DNA from: Leidyana gryllorum EB-2025a
Taxonomy: Eukaryota > Protista > Apicomplexa
Length of the DNA stretch: 64,000 bases
Direction: 5' to 3'
Assembly (NCBI GenBank): GCA_048772705.1
Contig: JBLWGC010000230.1
Span: forward strand, 1-64,000
Shown here: piece by piece, positions 9,884 through 21,799 of the stretch
How the letters are laid out: each line of letters opens with the position of its first letter
Numbering within the stretch: position 1 is the stretch's first letter
The notes under the pieces: model-generated
The model's input: the letters and a program-made list of their open reading frames with translations, nothing else
Told to the model about the DNA's origin: nothing
Databases searched by the model: none
Translations under genes and position numbers: made by a program

Positions 9884-12800
9884 TCCGCACCGTCTGCATC
9901 CAGTACTGTTTCAGCTGTCTCCCAACTCTCGTCTTGATATCCCACCCATCGGACTCTGTAGTACAATTGGTTGCCCTCCTGTTTCCATCCCACAATGTCC
10001 TGCATGATGTAGAGAGTCTCTTCTTCGTTTGGCGTAGTGTCCGTCTCGTCTCGCGCTGAGTTGGTTTCGCCTTGTCGTGGGTACCACTTTTCCAGTCGTG
10101 ACGAGTGGAATTTTGGGTACATTCCCCATGAGTCTGGCAGATCTAGCTTGTATGTGTCGCATCCACAGCTTTCCAGTATTGTAAATGGCCCGCAGAAAGG
10201 TAGGGCGAGTTTATTGGTGGGTACGTGGCTCAACTGTTTCGTGCTCAGGAGCACTTGCTCTCCTGGCTGAAACGTTATTGGTTTCCTCTTCTTGTTCGCT
10301 TGTTCTTCTTGCTGTCGAATTGCCTCGTTCAATCGGTCGTGTGCTTCCTGTAACTTTTGGAGGTATACTCTGCCAAAGGTGCTCCTGGTTCCTGCAATGT
10401 CAGTGAGGTTGGTAGGTATGAAAGTGACTCTGCCTGTATCTAATTCCAGTGGTGTAGCGTTCGTTGATTTCTGTACCGATGCGTTGTAAGCCATCTCCGT
10501 GGCTGTGAGGTGGTCCACCCACGATCCTTGATGTCCATTGAGTGTACACCGCAAAATCTGCAGTATTGAGCGATTCGCCCTTTCTACCAATCCGTTGGAT
10601 TGTGGGTGGTATGCAGTGGTCATGGCTAAGTTGATGCCCAGTGCTTGCATGGTCTCCTTCCATATTCCTGCTGTGAACCGCGCATCTCTGTCGGAAACTA
10701 TTTTCTGGGGTACTCCATGTACTTGGACGATATTCCGTAGGAATAGCTGTGCCGCTTCCGCGGCTGTGATGTCTTTCCGGCAGGCTATCAGTCTGATGCG
10801 GCGAGTTAAGCGGTCCACTACTACCATTACGTAGTTGTATCCTGTTTGTCCATCTGTTGTCAGCTCTAGGAAGTCGATTCCTATTTCCGTCCAAGGCAAG
10901 ATTGGGTTGCTCAAAGGGTTCAGTAGTCCATGGGGCCGATGGTTTCTCCTTTTTGCTCTTTGGCAAACCGTACAACTCTTGCAGTACGCCAGTACATCTG
11001 CCAACAAGCCTCTCCATGTGAACAATGCTTTTATTCTCCCTGCCGTCTTCTCCGGTCCTAAATGACCCGCAATTCGACTGTCATGGTTGTCGCTTATGAT
11101 CCGCCGTATAAGTGCTTCGTCCGATGGCACTTCAATCGTTCCTTGTCCCGTGACGGGTAATCCTTGTATCCATTCGATCCGCTCGTTCCTTCCTGCTTCT
11201 GTGGTTCGCGTTCTCCATGCGTCTCGCAGTGCCGTTTCTATATCCTCCCTCTCTTCCTCTATCGTTTGTTGGTTCCCTCGCTCTTCTTCTCCGCTCTCAT
11301 TCTGATCGCCCTGGTAAACGTTATAGCAATTTTCGACTCGTGGATTATCCAGCTTTCTTGGCCGGCTAAGGAGGTCCGCTATAATGTTCTTGCTCCCACG
11401 GATGTATTCGATTTCCACGTCTAGTTCGGCCAAAGTTATCATCCATCTTACCTGTCGGTCCGACAAGTGTGGTTGTTTTAACAGGTGCGTTAGAGGTTTG
11501 TGGTCGCTGCATATTAGGGTGTGTCTTCCCACGAGGAGATGTCTCCAATGCCTGCATGCTGCTACAATGGCGAGCAGTTCTCGTTCATGAGTGGCATATC
11601 TTCTTTGTTGTTCTGTGAGCGTTTGTGAGTAGAATTCGATTGGGCATAAGCCATCTGAGGTTCGTTGTTGAATCACCGCTCCTATTGCCACGGTACTGGC
11701 ATCCGTGTGCATTATAATCTCATTATTCAGGGGGTCGGGGAATCGTAGTCGCCCGGCGTTCCGCAACTCTGCTTTAAGAGTCTCCAGTGCTATCGCTGAC
11801 TCCCCCGTCGGGACCACCTTTTCATGTGGTTTGCTTCTGCCGTGTCCGAGTTCATATAATGGTTTCGCCGTATGTGCAAAATTTTTGATAAATCTCCTAT
11901 AATAATTAAACATCCCCAGAACGCTCTGTAGTTCTCTAAGTGTTGTCGGGTGCTGTATGGTACTGAGTGCATCGACCTTCGATGGTAAGGGTTTTATACC
12001 TCCTTTTCCTATAATATGTCCTATGTATTCCAGTTGGCTCTTGAAGAAGTGTGATTTGCGTCGGTGAATGATCAGGTGATTTGCTTGTAGCCGTTGAAAT
12101 ACTTCTTTCAGGTCTCGACGATGTTGTTCCAAGGACGGTGAAAAGATCAAAACATCATCCAGGTAAACAAAGACGCATTTTCCAATTAACTCGTGGAATA
12201 CCCGGTTCATCAGGCTCATGAATGTAGCGGGTGCGTTCGTAAGGCCATTGGGCATCACCGTCCACTCGTAAAGCCCCCAGTGTGTCGCGAATGCGGTGTA
12301 ATGTTGGTGTTCCGGCTGCATCCGAATCTGGTGGTATCCTGCTTTGAGATCGAGTGACGATAACCATTCCGCTCCGCTCAGCATCTGTATTGCGTCGTCC
12401 AAGGATGGTAGTGGTGATGCTGTTTTCAAGGTGAGTGCATTCAACCGTCTGTAATCACACACTAGTCGTGGCACTTCGGTGTCTTTTTTAGGTACGAACA
12501 TGCATGGCGAGGACCAGCTTGACATGCTTTGAACGATCTTCCCTGTCCTAGTAAGTTCTGCAATCTGAACTCTCATCTCTTCCATGTACTTCTGTGGTAC
12601 TCGGTACGGTCCGTGGACGAATGGTTGTGCTGCCTTGTCGTTGAGTGTGATTGCATGATCTATGCCTTCCCTTAGTGGTGGTAGTGGCGGTGTTTCTTCT
12701 AGCAAGTCTGCATATATGTTTATCAGTTCTGATTCCTCTTCGGGTATATCTATCGCTGTTTTCTTCGTTATCGGGTTCACTTGAGCCATGCTCATGGTGT

Positions 12801-13293
12801 TGAGTATCGGGTGCTCTCGTGTCGTGCTGTGTCGGTGTTCCGTCTGCCGTGACGTCGTAATCTGCCGGGCTTCGCCTCCAATCTGGAGTCGTCTGAAGTC
12901 CGTCGTTCCAATCACCAAGCCCAATCGCGCAATCAATTTGGTTGGTATTATCACATCGAATGCTATGTCAGCTATGATTGCTGCTTCCACTATAAGAGTT
13001 TGTTCTTCATGCGTGATGATTCTGATACTGGCCACTGTGCATTCGGTTGCTGTGTGTACCGATGTTATCCATATCGTCTCTGTTAATTTAGGTAGTTCCA
13101 ATTGCTCCGCCACCTTTTTGTTGACACAAGTCACACTGGCTCCCGTGTCTATCAGAATCGTTGCTCGTCGTGATCCGCGTCTATCGTTTGGGTGTTCAAT
13201 GGTCCATTGTGTGGTGAGTATGTCGCTCGGCTGCTGGCTTTCCCATTCGGTGGCGTCGTCGCCAGTGACGCCTGGGGTTCTGTAAAATCCCGG
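9884..13293 (-). CDS. pol: pol of copy D, missing the last ~27 codons, PPT and 3' LTR
   Basis: Identical to copy B up to DADGA, then reads into the inverted fragment. Confidence 0.9.
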
Positions 13294-14358
13294 CTAATTG
13301 TTGCGAAAACTTTGCGGGGTGGTTCGTTCCTTGATCTGTTTCGTTGACTATTGAGTGGTCTCTTGTCGTCGCGGGGTTGTGTGCATTTCCATGCGAGGTG
13401 TTCTGTGGACCCGCAGTTGAAGCATCTGCGTTGTGTGACGCATTCCGCGTGCGTGTATTGGCACCTGTGCCCGACTCTGCCACCGTTGCTTGCCTGTGTG
13501 TGTAGCACGTGTGTGCTTCTCTGTGGTACTTTGATATCTGTTGCGGCTGCGTATTGAAGCGCTCTAAGACACATCGATTCCAGGTCCGTTCCGATATGTG
13601 CTGACATCGCTATCCGGTCTGTCATTGGAAGCCCTTGAAGGAAGAAGTTCACTCGTGTAGAGTTTGGTATGGAATCCGGGATTCCCAAGTTCAACGCCTT
13701 AAACTCAGTAACATATGTTGCCATCGTGCCCGTTTTCTTGATTTGCGTCATTCGTGTGAGATCGTCCTCTATAACCGCCAGTGCATCGAATTGCATACGT
13801 AACTTCTGTGTGAAGTTGTGCCATGATCCCGTCAAGACTTCCGGGTTGCTCAGCAGCCACCGTCCGGCGACTCCCGTGAGCATTGCGCATGCTGTTCGTA
13901 CTTTTTGAGTATCGTTTTGGATTCCATATGTAAGGAATCTAGCTGAACATCCGTCCAGCCAATCACGGACTGGCTTGCTTCCGTCAAAGTGGTCTTGTTT
14001 TCGAAGCACTTCCGTCATGACTGTGCTGTTCATTGATGGGCCTTTGTGCGCCTGTCCTTCGCACTAGTTCTTCGTTGGGTTTCGATGATCTTCCCTGTTG
14101 GCCTACGACCTGTTGAATGAATTCTGTCAACACTGTTAGTTGTTCCGCCTTCGTCATCCCTTCCGTTGTAATTGGGCTGTCCCGGTTGTGATCGAATCGC
14201 TTCGATTTGGGCGTTCCGTCAATCATCACGGTGGCTTCTGTCGTCCGTCCTCCTGGTTGTGCCGTGGGGTGCTTGATGAACGCACTGCTACCAATGTAGC
14301 CTTGCTCGGCGCTACCTGCTAGGGTCGGTTGCACTGCTCGGCCGCTTCGTAAGTCCAT
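13152..14358 (-). pseudogene. gag: gag of copy D with a 1-bp insertion at 14060
   Basis: ccttCgcac versus ccttgcac splits the ORF into 174 aa and 293 aa; may be a sequencing error. Confidence 0.8.
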
Positions 14359-14455
14359 CTGTTTTTGTTCTAGTCTAAGTTCGTGCGTGTGTCTAAAAAC
14401 TCGTGTCTGTGTCTCCATGCCGGTCCGTGCCGGTCTCCCCGGAGACACGCTTACA
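14295..14455 (-). repeat. LTR 3 (161 bp)
   Basis: Identical to LTR 1. Confidence 0.88.
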
Positions 14456-16222
14456 CCCCTCCCTCTTCCCCTAGACTGAACGGGTTCCGTGGATATTTGT
14501 TGTTCCACTTGTGTTTGAATTCGGTTATCAAGTCCGCACCGTCTGCATCCAGTACTGTTTCAGCTGTCTCCCAACTCTCGTCTTGATATCCCACCCATCG
14601 GACTCTGTAGTACAATTGGTTGCCCTCCTGTTTCCATCCCACAATGTCCTGCATGATGTAGAGAGTCTCTTCTTCGTTTGGCGTAGTGTCCGTCTCGTCT
14701 CGCGCTGAGTTGGTTTCGCCTTGTCGTGGGTACCACTTTTCCAGTCGTGACGAGTGGAATTTTGGGTACATTCCCCATGAGTCTGGCAGATCTAGCTTGT
14801 ATGTGTCGCATCCACAGCTTTCCAGTATTGTAAATGGCCCGCAGAAAGGTAGGGCGAGTTTATTGGTGGGTACGTGGCTCAACTGTTTCGTGCTCAGGAG
14901 CACTTGCTCTCCTGGCTGAAACGTTATTGGTTTCCTCTTCTTGTTCGCTTGTTCTTCTTGCTGTCGAATTGCCTCGTTCAATCGGTCGTGTGCTTCCTGT
15001 AACTTTTGGAGGTATACTCTGCCAAAGGTGCTCCTGGTTCCTGCAATGTCAGTGAGGTTGGTAGGTATGAAAGTGACTCTGCCTGTATCTAATTCCAGTG
15101 GTGTAGCGTTCGTTGATTTCTGTACCGATGCGTTGTAAGCCATCTCCGTGGCTGTGAGGTGGTCCACCCACGATCCTTGATGTCCATTGAGTGTACACCG
15201 CAAAATCTGCAGTATTGAGCGATTCGCCCTTTCTACCAATCCGTTGGATTGTGGGTGGTATGCAGTGGTCATGGCTAAGTTGATGCCCAGTGCTTGCATG
15301 GTCTCCTTCCATATTCCTGCTGTGAACCGCGCATCTCTGTCGGAAACTATTTTCTGGGGTACTCCATGTACTTGGACGATATTCCGTAGGAATAGCTGTG
15401 CCGCTTCCGCGGCTGTGATGTCTTTCCGGCAGGCTATCAGTCTGATGCGGCGAGTTAAGCGGTCCACTACTACCATTACGTAGTTGTATCCTGTTTGTCC
15501 ATCTGTTGTCAGCTCTAGGAAGTCGATTCCTATTTCCGTCCAAGGCAAGATTGGGTTGCTCAAAGGGTTCAGTAGTCCATGGGGCCGATGGTTTCTCCTT
15601 TTTGCTCTTTGGCAAACCGTACAACTCTTGCAGTACGCCAGTACATCTGCCAACAAGCCTCTCCATGTGAACAATGCTTTTATTCTCCCTGCCGTCTTCT
15701 CCGGTCCTAAATGACCCGCAATTCGACTGTCATGGTTGTCGCTTATGATCCGCCGTATAAGTGCTTCGTCCGATGGCACTTCAATCGTTCCTTGTCCCGT
15801 GACGGGTAATCCTTGTATCCATTCGATCCGCTCGTTCCTTCCTGCTTCTGTGGTTCGCGTTCTCCATGCGTCTCGCAGTGCCGTTTCTATATCCTCCCTC
15901 TCTTCCTCTATCGTTTGTTGGTTCCCTCGCTCTTCTTCTCCGCTCTCATTCTGATCGCCCTGGTAAACGTTATAGCAATTTTCGACTCGTGGATTATCCA
16001 GCTTTCTTGGCCGGCTAAGGAGGTCCGCTATAATGTTCTTGCTCCCACGGATGTATTCGATTTCCACGTCTAGTTCGGCCAAAGTTATCATCCATCTTAC
16101 CTGTCGGTCCGACAAGTGTGGTTGTTTTAACAGGTGCGTTAGAGGTTTGTGGTCGCTGCATATTAGGGTGTGTCTTCCCACGAGGAGATGTCTCCAATGC
16201 CTGCATGCTGCTACAATGGCGA
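14451..16222 (-). pseudogene. pol: Copy E: internally deleted unit (no PBS, gag, PR or RT)
   Basis: RNase H sequence joins the end of LTR 4 at 16222-16224. Confidence 0.88.
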
Positions 16223-16223
16223 T

Positions 16224-16384
16224 TGTAGCCTTGCTCGGCGCTACCTGCTAGGGTCGGTTGCACTGCTCGGCCGCTTCGTAAGTCCATCTGTTTTTGTTCT
16301 AGTCTAAGTTCGTGCGTGTGTCTAAAAACTCGTGTCTGTGTCTCCATGCCGGTCCGTGCCGGTCTCCCCGGAGACACGCTTACA
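16224..16384 (-). repeat. LTR 4 (161 bp), not followed by a PBS
   Basis: Homology to the normal unit stops exactly at the terminal CA. Confidence 0.88.
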
Positions 16385-19300
16385 CCCCTCCCTCTTCCCC
16401 TAGACTGAACGGGTTCCGTGGATATTTGTTGTTCCACTTGTGTTTGAATTCGGTTATCAAGTCCGCACCGTCTGCATCCAGTACTGTTTCAGCTGTCTCC
16501 CAACTCTCGTCTTGATATCCCACCCATCGGACTCTGTAGTACAATTGGTTGCCCTCCTGTTTCCATCCCACAATGTCCTGCATGATGTAGAGAGTCTCTT
16601 CTTCGTTTGGCGTAGTGTCCGTCTCGTCTCGCGCTGAGTTGGTTTCGCCTTGTCGTGGGTACCACTTTTCCAGTCGTGACGAGTGGAATTTTGGGTACAT
16701 TCCCCATGAGTCTGGCAGATCTAGCTTGTATGTGTCGCATCCACAGCTTTCCAGTATTGTAAATGGCCCGCAGAAAGGTAGGGCGAGTTTATTGGTGGGT
16801 ACGTGGCTCAACTGTTTCGTGCTCAGGAGCACTTGCTCTCCTGGCTGAAACGTTATTGGTTTCCTCTTCTTGTTCGCTTGTTCTTCTTGCTGTCGAATTG
16901 CCTCGTTCAATCGGTCGTGTGCTTCCTGTAACTTTTGGAGGTATACTCTGCCAAAGGTGCTCCTGGTTCCTGCAATGTCAGTGAGGTTGGTAGGTATGAA
17001 AGTGACTCTGCCTGTATCTAATTCCAGTGGTGTAGCGTTCGTTGATTTCTGTACCGATGCGTTGTAAGCCATCTCCGTGGCTGTGAGGTGGTCCACCCAC
17101 GATCCTTGATGTCCATTGAGTGTACACCGCAAAATCTGCAGTATTGAGCGATTCGCCCTTTCTACCAATCCGTTGGATTGTGGGTGGTATGCAGTGGTCA
17201 TGGCTAAGTTGATGCCCAGTGCTTGCATGGTCTCCTTCCATATTCCTGCTGTGAACCGCGCATCTCTGTCGGAAACTATTTTCTGGGGTACTCCATGTAC
17301 TTGGACGATATTCCGTAGGAATAGCTGTGCCGCTTCCGCGGCTGTGATGTCTTTCCGGCAGGCTATCAGTCTGATGCGGCGAGTTAAGCGGTCCACTACT
17401 ACCATTACGTAGTTGTATCCTGTTTGTCCATCTGTTGTCAGCTCTAGGAAGTCGATTCCTATTTCCGTCCAAGGCAAGATTGGGTTGCTCAAAGGGTTCA
17501 GTAGTCCATGGGGCCGATGGTTTCTCCTTTTTGCTCTTTGGCAAACCGTACAACTCTTGCAGTACGCCAGTACATCTGCCAACAAGCCTCTCCATGTGAA
17601 CAATGCTTTTATTCTCCCTGCCGTCTTCTCCGGTCCTAAATGACCCGCAATTCGACTGTCATGGTTGTCGCTTATGATCCGCCGTATAAGTGCTTCGTCC
17701 GATGGCACTTCAATCGTTCCTTGTCCCGTGACGGGTAATCCTTGTATCCATTCGATCCGCTCGTTCCTTCCTGCTTCTGTGGTTCGCGTTCTCCATGCGT
17801 CTCGCAGTGCCGTTTCTATATCCTCCCTCTCTTCCTCTATCGTTTGTTGGTTCCCTCGCTCTTCTTCTCCGCTCTCATTCTGATCGCCCTGGTAAACGTT
17901 ATAGCAATTTTCGACTCGTGGATTATCCAGCTTTCTTGGCCGGCTAAGGAGGTCCGCTATAATGTTCTTGCTCCCACGGATGTATTCGATTTCCACGTCT
18001 AGTTCGGCCAAAGTTATCATCCATCTTACCTGTCGGTCCGACAAGTGTGGTTGTTTTAACAGGTGCGTTAGAGGTTTGTGGTCGCTGCATATTAGGGTGT
18101 GTCTTCCCACGAGGAGATGTCTCCAATGCCTGCATGCTGCTACAATGGCGAGCAGTTCTCGTTCATGAGTGGCATATCTTCTTTGTTGTTCTGTGAGCGT
18201 TTGTGAGTAGAATTCGATTGGGCATAAGCCATCTGAGGTTCGTTGTTGAATCACCGCTCCTATTGCCACGGTACTGGCATCCGTGTGCATTATAATCTCA
18301 TTATTCAGGGGGTCGGGGAATCGTAGTCGCCCGGCGTTCCGCAACTCTGCTTTAAGAGTCTCCAGTGCTATCGCTGACTCCCCCGTCGGGACCACCTTTT
18401 CATGTGGTTTGCTTCTGCCGTGTCCGAGTTCATATAATGGTTTCGCCGTATGTGCAAAATTTTTGATAAATCTCCTATAATAATTAAACATCCCCAGAAC
18501 GCTCTGTAGTTCTCTAAGTGTTGTCGGGTGCTGTATGGTACTGAGTGCATCGACCTTCGATGGTAAGGGTTTTATACCTCCTTTTCCTATAATATGTCCT
18601 ATGTATTCCAGTTGGCTCTTGAAGAAGTGTGATTTGCGTCGGTGAATGATCAGGTGATTTGCTTGTAGCCGTTGAAATACTTCTTTCAGGTCTCGACGAT
18701 GTTGTTCCAAGGACGGTGAAAAGATCAAAACATCATCCAGGTAAACAAAGACGCATTTTCCAATTAACTCGTGGAATACCCGGTTCATCAGGCTCATGAA
18801 TGTAGCGGGTGCGTTCGTAAGGCCATTGGGCATCACCGTCCACTCGTAAAGCCCCCAGTGTGTCGCGAATGCGGTGTAATGTTGGTGTTCCGGCTGCATC
18901 CGAATCTGGTGGTATCCTGCTTTGAGATCGAGTGACGATAACCATTCCGCTCCGCTCAGCATCTGTATTGCGTCGTCCAAGGATGGTAGTGGTGATGCTG
19001 TTTTCAAGGTGAGTGCATTCAACCGTCTGTAATCACACACTAGTCGTGGCACTTCGGTGTCTTTTTTAGGTACGAACATGCATGGCGAGGACCAGCTTGA
19101 CATGCTTTGAACGATCTTCCCTGTCCTAGTAAGTTCTGCAATCTGAACTCTCATCTCTTCCATGTACTTCTGTGGTACTCGGTACGGTCCGTGGACGAAT
19201 GGTTGTGCTGCCTTGTCGTTGAGTGTGATTGCATGATCTATGCCTTCCCTTAGTGGTGGTAGTGGCGGTGTTTCTTCTAGCAAGTCTGCATATATGTTTA

Positions 19301-19871
19301 TCAGTTCTGATTCCTCTTCGGGTATATCTATCGCTGTTTTCTTCGTTATCGGGTTCACTTGAGCCATGCTCATGGTGTTGAGTATCGGGTGCTCTCGTGT
19401 CGTGCTGTGTCGGTGTTCCGTCTGCCGTGACGTCGTAATCTGCCGGGCTTCGCCTCCAATCTGGAGTCGTCTGAAGTCCGTCGTTCCAATCACCAAGCCC
19501 AATCGCGCAATCAATTTGGTTGGTATTATCACATCGAATGCTATGTCAGCTATGATTGCTGCTTCCACTATAAGAGTTTGTTCTTCATGCGTGATGATTC
19601 TGATACTGGCCACTGTGCATTCGGTTGCTGTGTGTACCGATGTTATCCATATCGTCTCTGTTAATTTAGGTAGTTCCAATTGCTCCGCCACCTTTTTGTT
19701 GACACAAGTCACACTGGCTCCCGTGTCTATCAGAATCGTTGCTCGTCGTGATCCGCGTCTATCGTTTGGGTGTTCAATGGTCCATTGTGTGGTGAGTATG
19801 TCGCTCGGCTGCTGGCTTTCCCATTCGGTGGCGTCGTCGCCAGTGACGCCTGGGGTTCTGTAAAATCCCGG
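16380..19871 (-). CDS. pol: Intact pol of copy F
   Basis: Same 1110-aa translation as copy B. Confidence 0.96.
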   Translation of the reverse strand, partial: PGFYRTPGVTGDDATEWESQQPSDILTTQWTIEHPNDRRGSRRATILIDTGASVTCVNKKVAEQLELPKLTETIWITSVHTATECTVASIRIITHEEQTLIVEAAIIADIAFDVIIPTKLIARLGLVIGTTDFRRLQIGGEARQITTSRQTEHRHSTTREHPILNTMSMAQVNPITKKTAIDIPEEESELINIYADLLEETPPLPPLREGIDHAITLNDKAAQPFVHGPYRVPQKYMEEMRVQIAELTRTGKIVQSMSSWSSPCMFVPKKDTEVPRLVCDYRRLNALTLKTASPLPSLDDAIQMLSGAEWLSSLDLKAGYHQIRMQPEHQHYTAFATHWGLYEWTVMPNGLTNAPATFMSLMNRVFHELIGKCVFVYLDDVLIFSPSLEQHRRDLKEVFQRLQANHLIIHRRKSHFFKSQLEYIGHIIGKGGIKPLPSKVDALSTIQHPTTLRELQSVLGMFNYYRRFIKNFAHTAKPLYELGHGRSKPHEKVVPTGESAIALETLKAELRNAGRLRFPDPLNNEIIMHTDASTVAIGAVIQQRTSDGLCPIEFYSQTLTEQQRRYATHERELLAIVAACRHWRHLLVGRHTLICSDHKPLTHLLKQPHLSDRQVRWMITLAELDVEIEYIRGSKNIIADLLSRPRKLDNPRVENCYNVYQGDQNESGEEERGNQQTIEEEREDIETALRDAWRTRTTEAGRNERIEWIQGLPVTGQGTIEVPSDEALIRRIISDNHDSRIAGHLGPEKTAGRIKALFTWRGLLADVLAYCKSCTVCQRAKRRNHRPHGLLNPLSNPILPWTEIGIDFLELTTDGQTGYNYVMVVVDRLTRRIRLIACRKDITAAEAAQLFLRNIVQVHGVPQKIVSDRDARFTAGIWKETMQALGINLAMTTAYHPQSNGLVERANRSILQILRCTLNGHQGSWVDHLTATEMAYNASVQKSTNATPLELDTGRVTFIPTNLTDIAGTRSTFGRVYLQKLQEAHDRLNEAIRQQEEQANKKRKPITFQPGEQVLLSTKQLSHVPTNKLALPFCGPFTILESCGCDTYKLDLPDSWGMYPKFHSSRLEKWYPRQGETNSARDETDTTPNEEETLYIMQDIVGWKQEGNQLYYRVRWVGYQDESWETAETVLDADGADLITEFKHKWNNKYPRNPFSLGEEGGV

Positions 19872-20686
19872 CTAATTGTTGCGAAAACTTTGCGGGGTGG
19901 TTCGTTCCTTGATCTGTTTCGTTGACTATTGAGTGGTCTCTTGTCGTCGCGGGGTTGTGTGCATTTCCATGCGAGGTGTTCTGTGGACCCGCAGTTGAAG
20001 CATCTGCGTTGTGTGACGCATTCCGCGTGCGTGTATTGGCACCTGTGCCCGACTCTGCCACCGTTGCTTGCCTGTGTGTGTAGCACGTGTGTGCTTCTCT
20101 GTGGTACTTTGATATCTGTTGCGGCTGCGTATTGAAGCGCTCTAAGACACATCGATTCCAGGTCCGTTCCGATATGTGCTGACATCGCTATCCGGTCTGT
20201 CATTGGAAGCCCTTGAAGGAAGAAGTTCACTCGTGTAGAGTTTGGTATGGAATCCGGGATTCCCAAGTTCAACGCCTTAAACTCAGTAACATATGTTGCC
20301 ATCGTGCCCGTTTTCTTGATTTGCGTCATTCGTGTGAGATCGTCCTCTATAACCGCCAGTGCATCGAATTGCATACGTAACTTCTGTGTGAAGTTGTGCC
20401 ATGATCCCGTCAAGACTTCCGGGTTGCTCAGCAGCCACCGTCCGGCGACTCCCGTGAGCATTGCGCATGCTGTTCGTACTTTTTGAGTATCGTTTTGGAT
20501 TCCATATGTAAGGAATCTAGCTGAACATCCGTCCAGCCAATCACGGACTGACTTGCTTCCGTCAAAGTGGTCTTGTTTTCGAAGCACTTCCGTCATGACT
20601 GTGCTGTTCATTGATGGGTCTTTGTGCGCCTGTCCTTGCACTAGTTCTTCGTTGGGTTTCGATGATCTTCCCTGTTGGCCTACGAC
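19730..20686 (-). pseudogene. gag: 5'-truncated gag of copy F (no 5' LTR or PBS)
   Basis: Homology ends at 20686; substitutions at 20551 and 20619. Confidence 0.88.
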
Positions 20687-21799
20687 TAGTTTGCCTGTAA
20701 CCTTTGGTTCGGCGTTTCGGTCGGCTTCGATGGCTGTTGTGACTGCTGTTTGCTTTTGGATTATGTGGTTTATGTGCTTGTTTATCGCTGCATTGTACTG
20801 TGTTTGCGTGTTCGCGAATGTTTAGCTTTCAATTCTCTACACGTTCCGGTTGCTGTAGCGTGCGCAAGTAAGGTCTGATGTGGTGTGTATTGTGCTAATA
20901 AAAGACTGTGACGATATAGTTGTGTTGCTTAGTATGTTGACAGGTATCGTGCTTGTTATGTATTGATTTGTGAGACTATATGAGCTGGAGATGCATGATT
21001 GTATGAGTGTATGGCGTGTATTTTGGTAACTGTGCTGTGATGTGTAGTATGCTCAGTTTGCTAAAGTGAATGTGGAGCAACTTGGAAGGTTATGTGTGAG
21101 TGATATTGGTTTAGATGGTTTGTCTGTTAGGCTGTGAGGGGTCTAGAGTGAGTCAGCGATTCGCTCGTTGATTGAGGAGTATTTGTAGACGTATAAAAGC
21201 TTGTAATGCTAGATATAGGGGGATCAATGAGATTCAGTTGAATTGAGAGTGTTGAGAAGAATGTCATGAGTCCAATGCGTATCGTGGACATTATTTATCG
21301 GAGTGAATGGGAATTTGTAAGAATATGCGGATGGAGTCAAGTTATGCATAGGATTTGAGTGTTGATTCGGACGACATGAATTTGGCTAATGATAGGTAGG
21401 TTAATAGGAGTATATTGACAATTGTGATGTAGTTCAAGGTGTGGTAAGAGGGTGGTGGTCAGTTGTTTGCTATAAAACATTGAGAGAGTGTATATATGCT
21501 AAGAGTTATGAGTATTCGAATTGTTAGTGTACGAGCGGGATGATGAGGCTGATATGTAAGTTGAGTAATAGTGTGCGTGAAGAAGTATTGATGGGGTGTG
21601 GGGAGCGCCCTTGTCGCTTCGCTCGGGCGCTTCCCCGTACCCATTGTTTCTGTGAGATTTATTTATTGATGGAATAGTTAGCAAGCTATCGTGAATGTGA
21701 TAAGTAGAACGAACCAATTGCATCAATCTTGCGTGCAATTGCTCTGGAACGATATGTACGAGTTCAAACGACTTGTAGAGAAGTGTCATTTAAGTACCT

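Larger units (their letters stand above)
1..20686 (-). mobile_element. Tandem head-to-tail array of a Ty3/Gypsy chromovirus LTR retrotransposon (4648-bp period, single shared LTRs); runs off window start
   Basis: Identical ORFs recur at +4648 (gag stop 1482/6130; pol stop 2780/7428). Domain order is gag, PR, RT, RH, IN, chromodomain. Four LTR copies are visible. Confidence 0.97.

Noticed and set aside
14055-14065. Programmed frameshift in copy D gag
   Set aside because: Single-copy 1-bp insertion absent from other copies; mutation or consensus error
35-20486. Many short antisense and alternate-frame ORFs in the array
   Set aside because: Shadows of gag/pol that repeat only because the unit repeats; no env-like ORF seen
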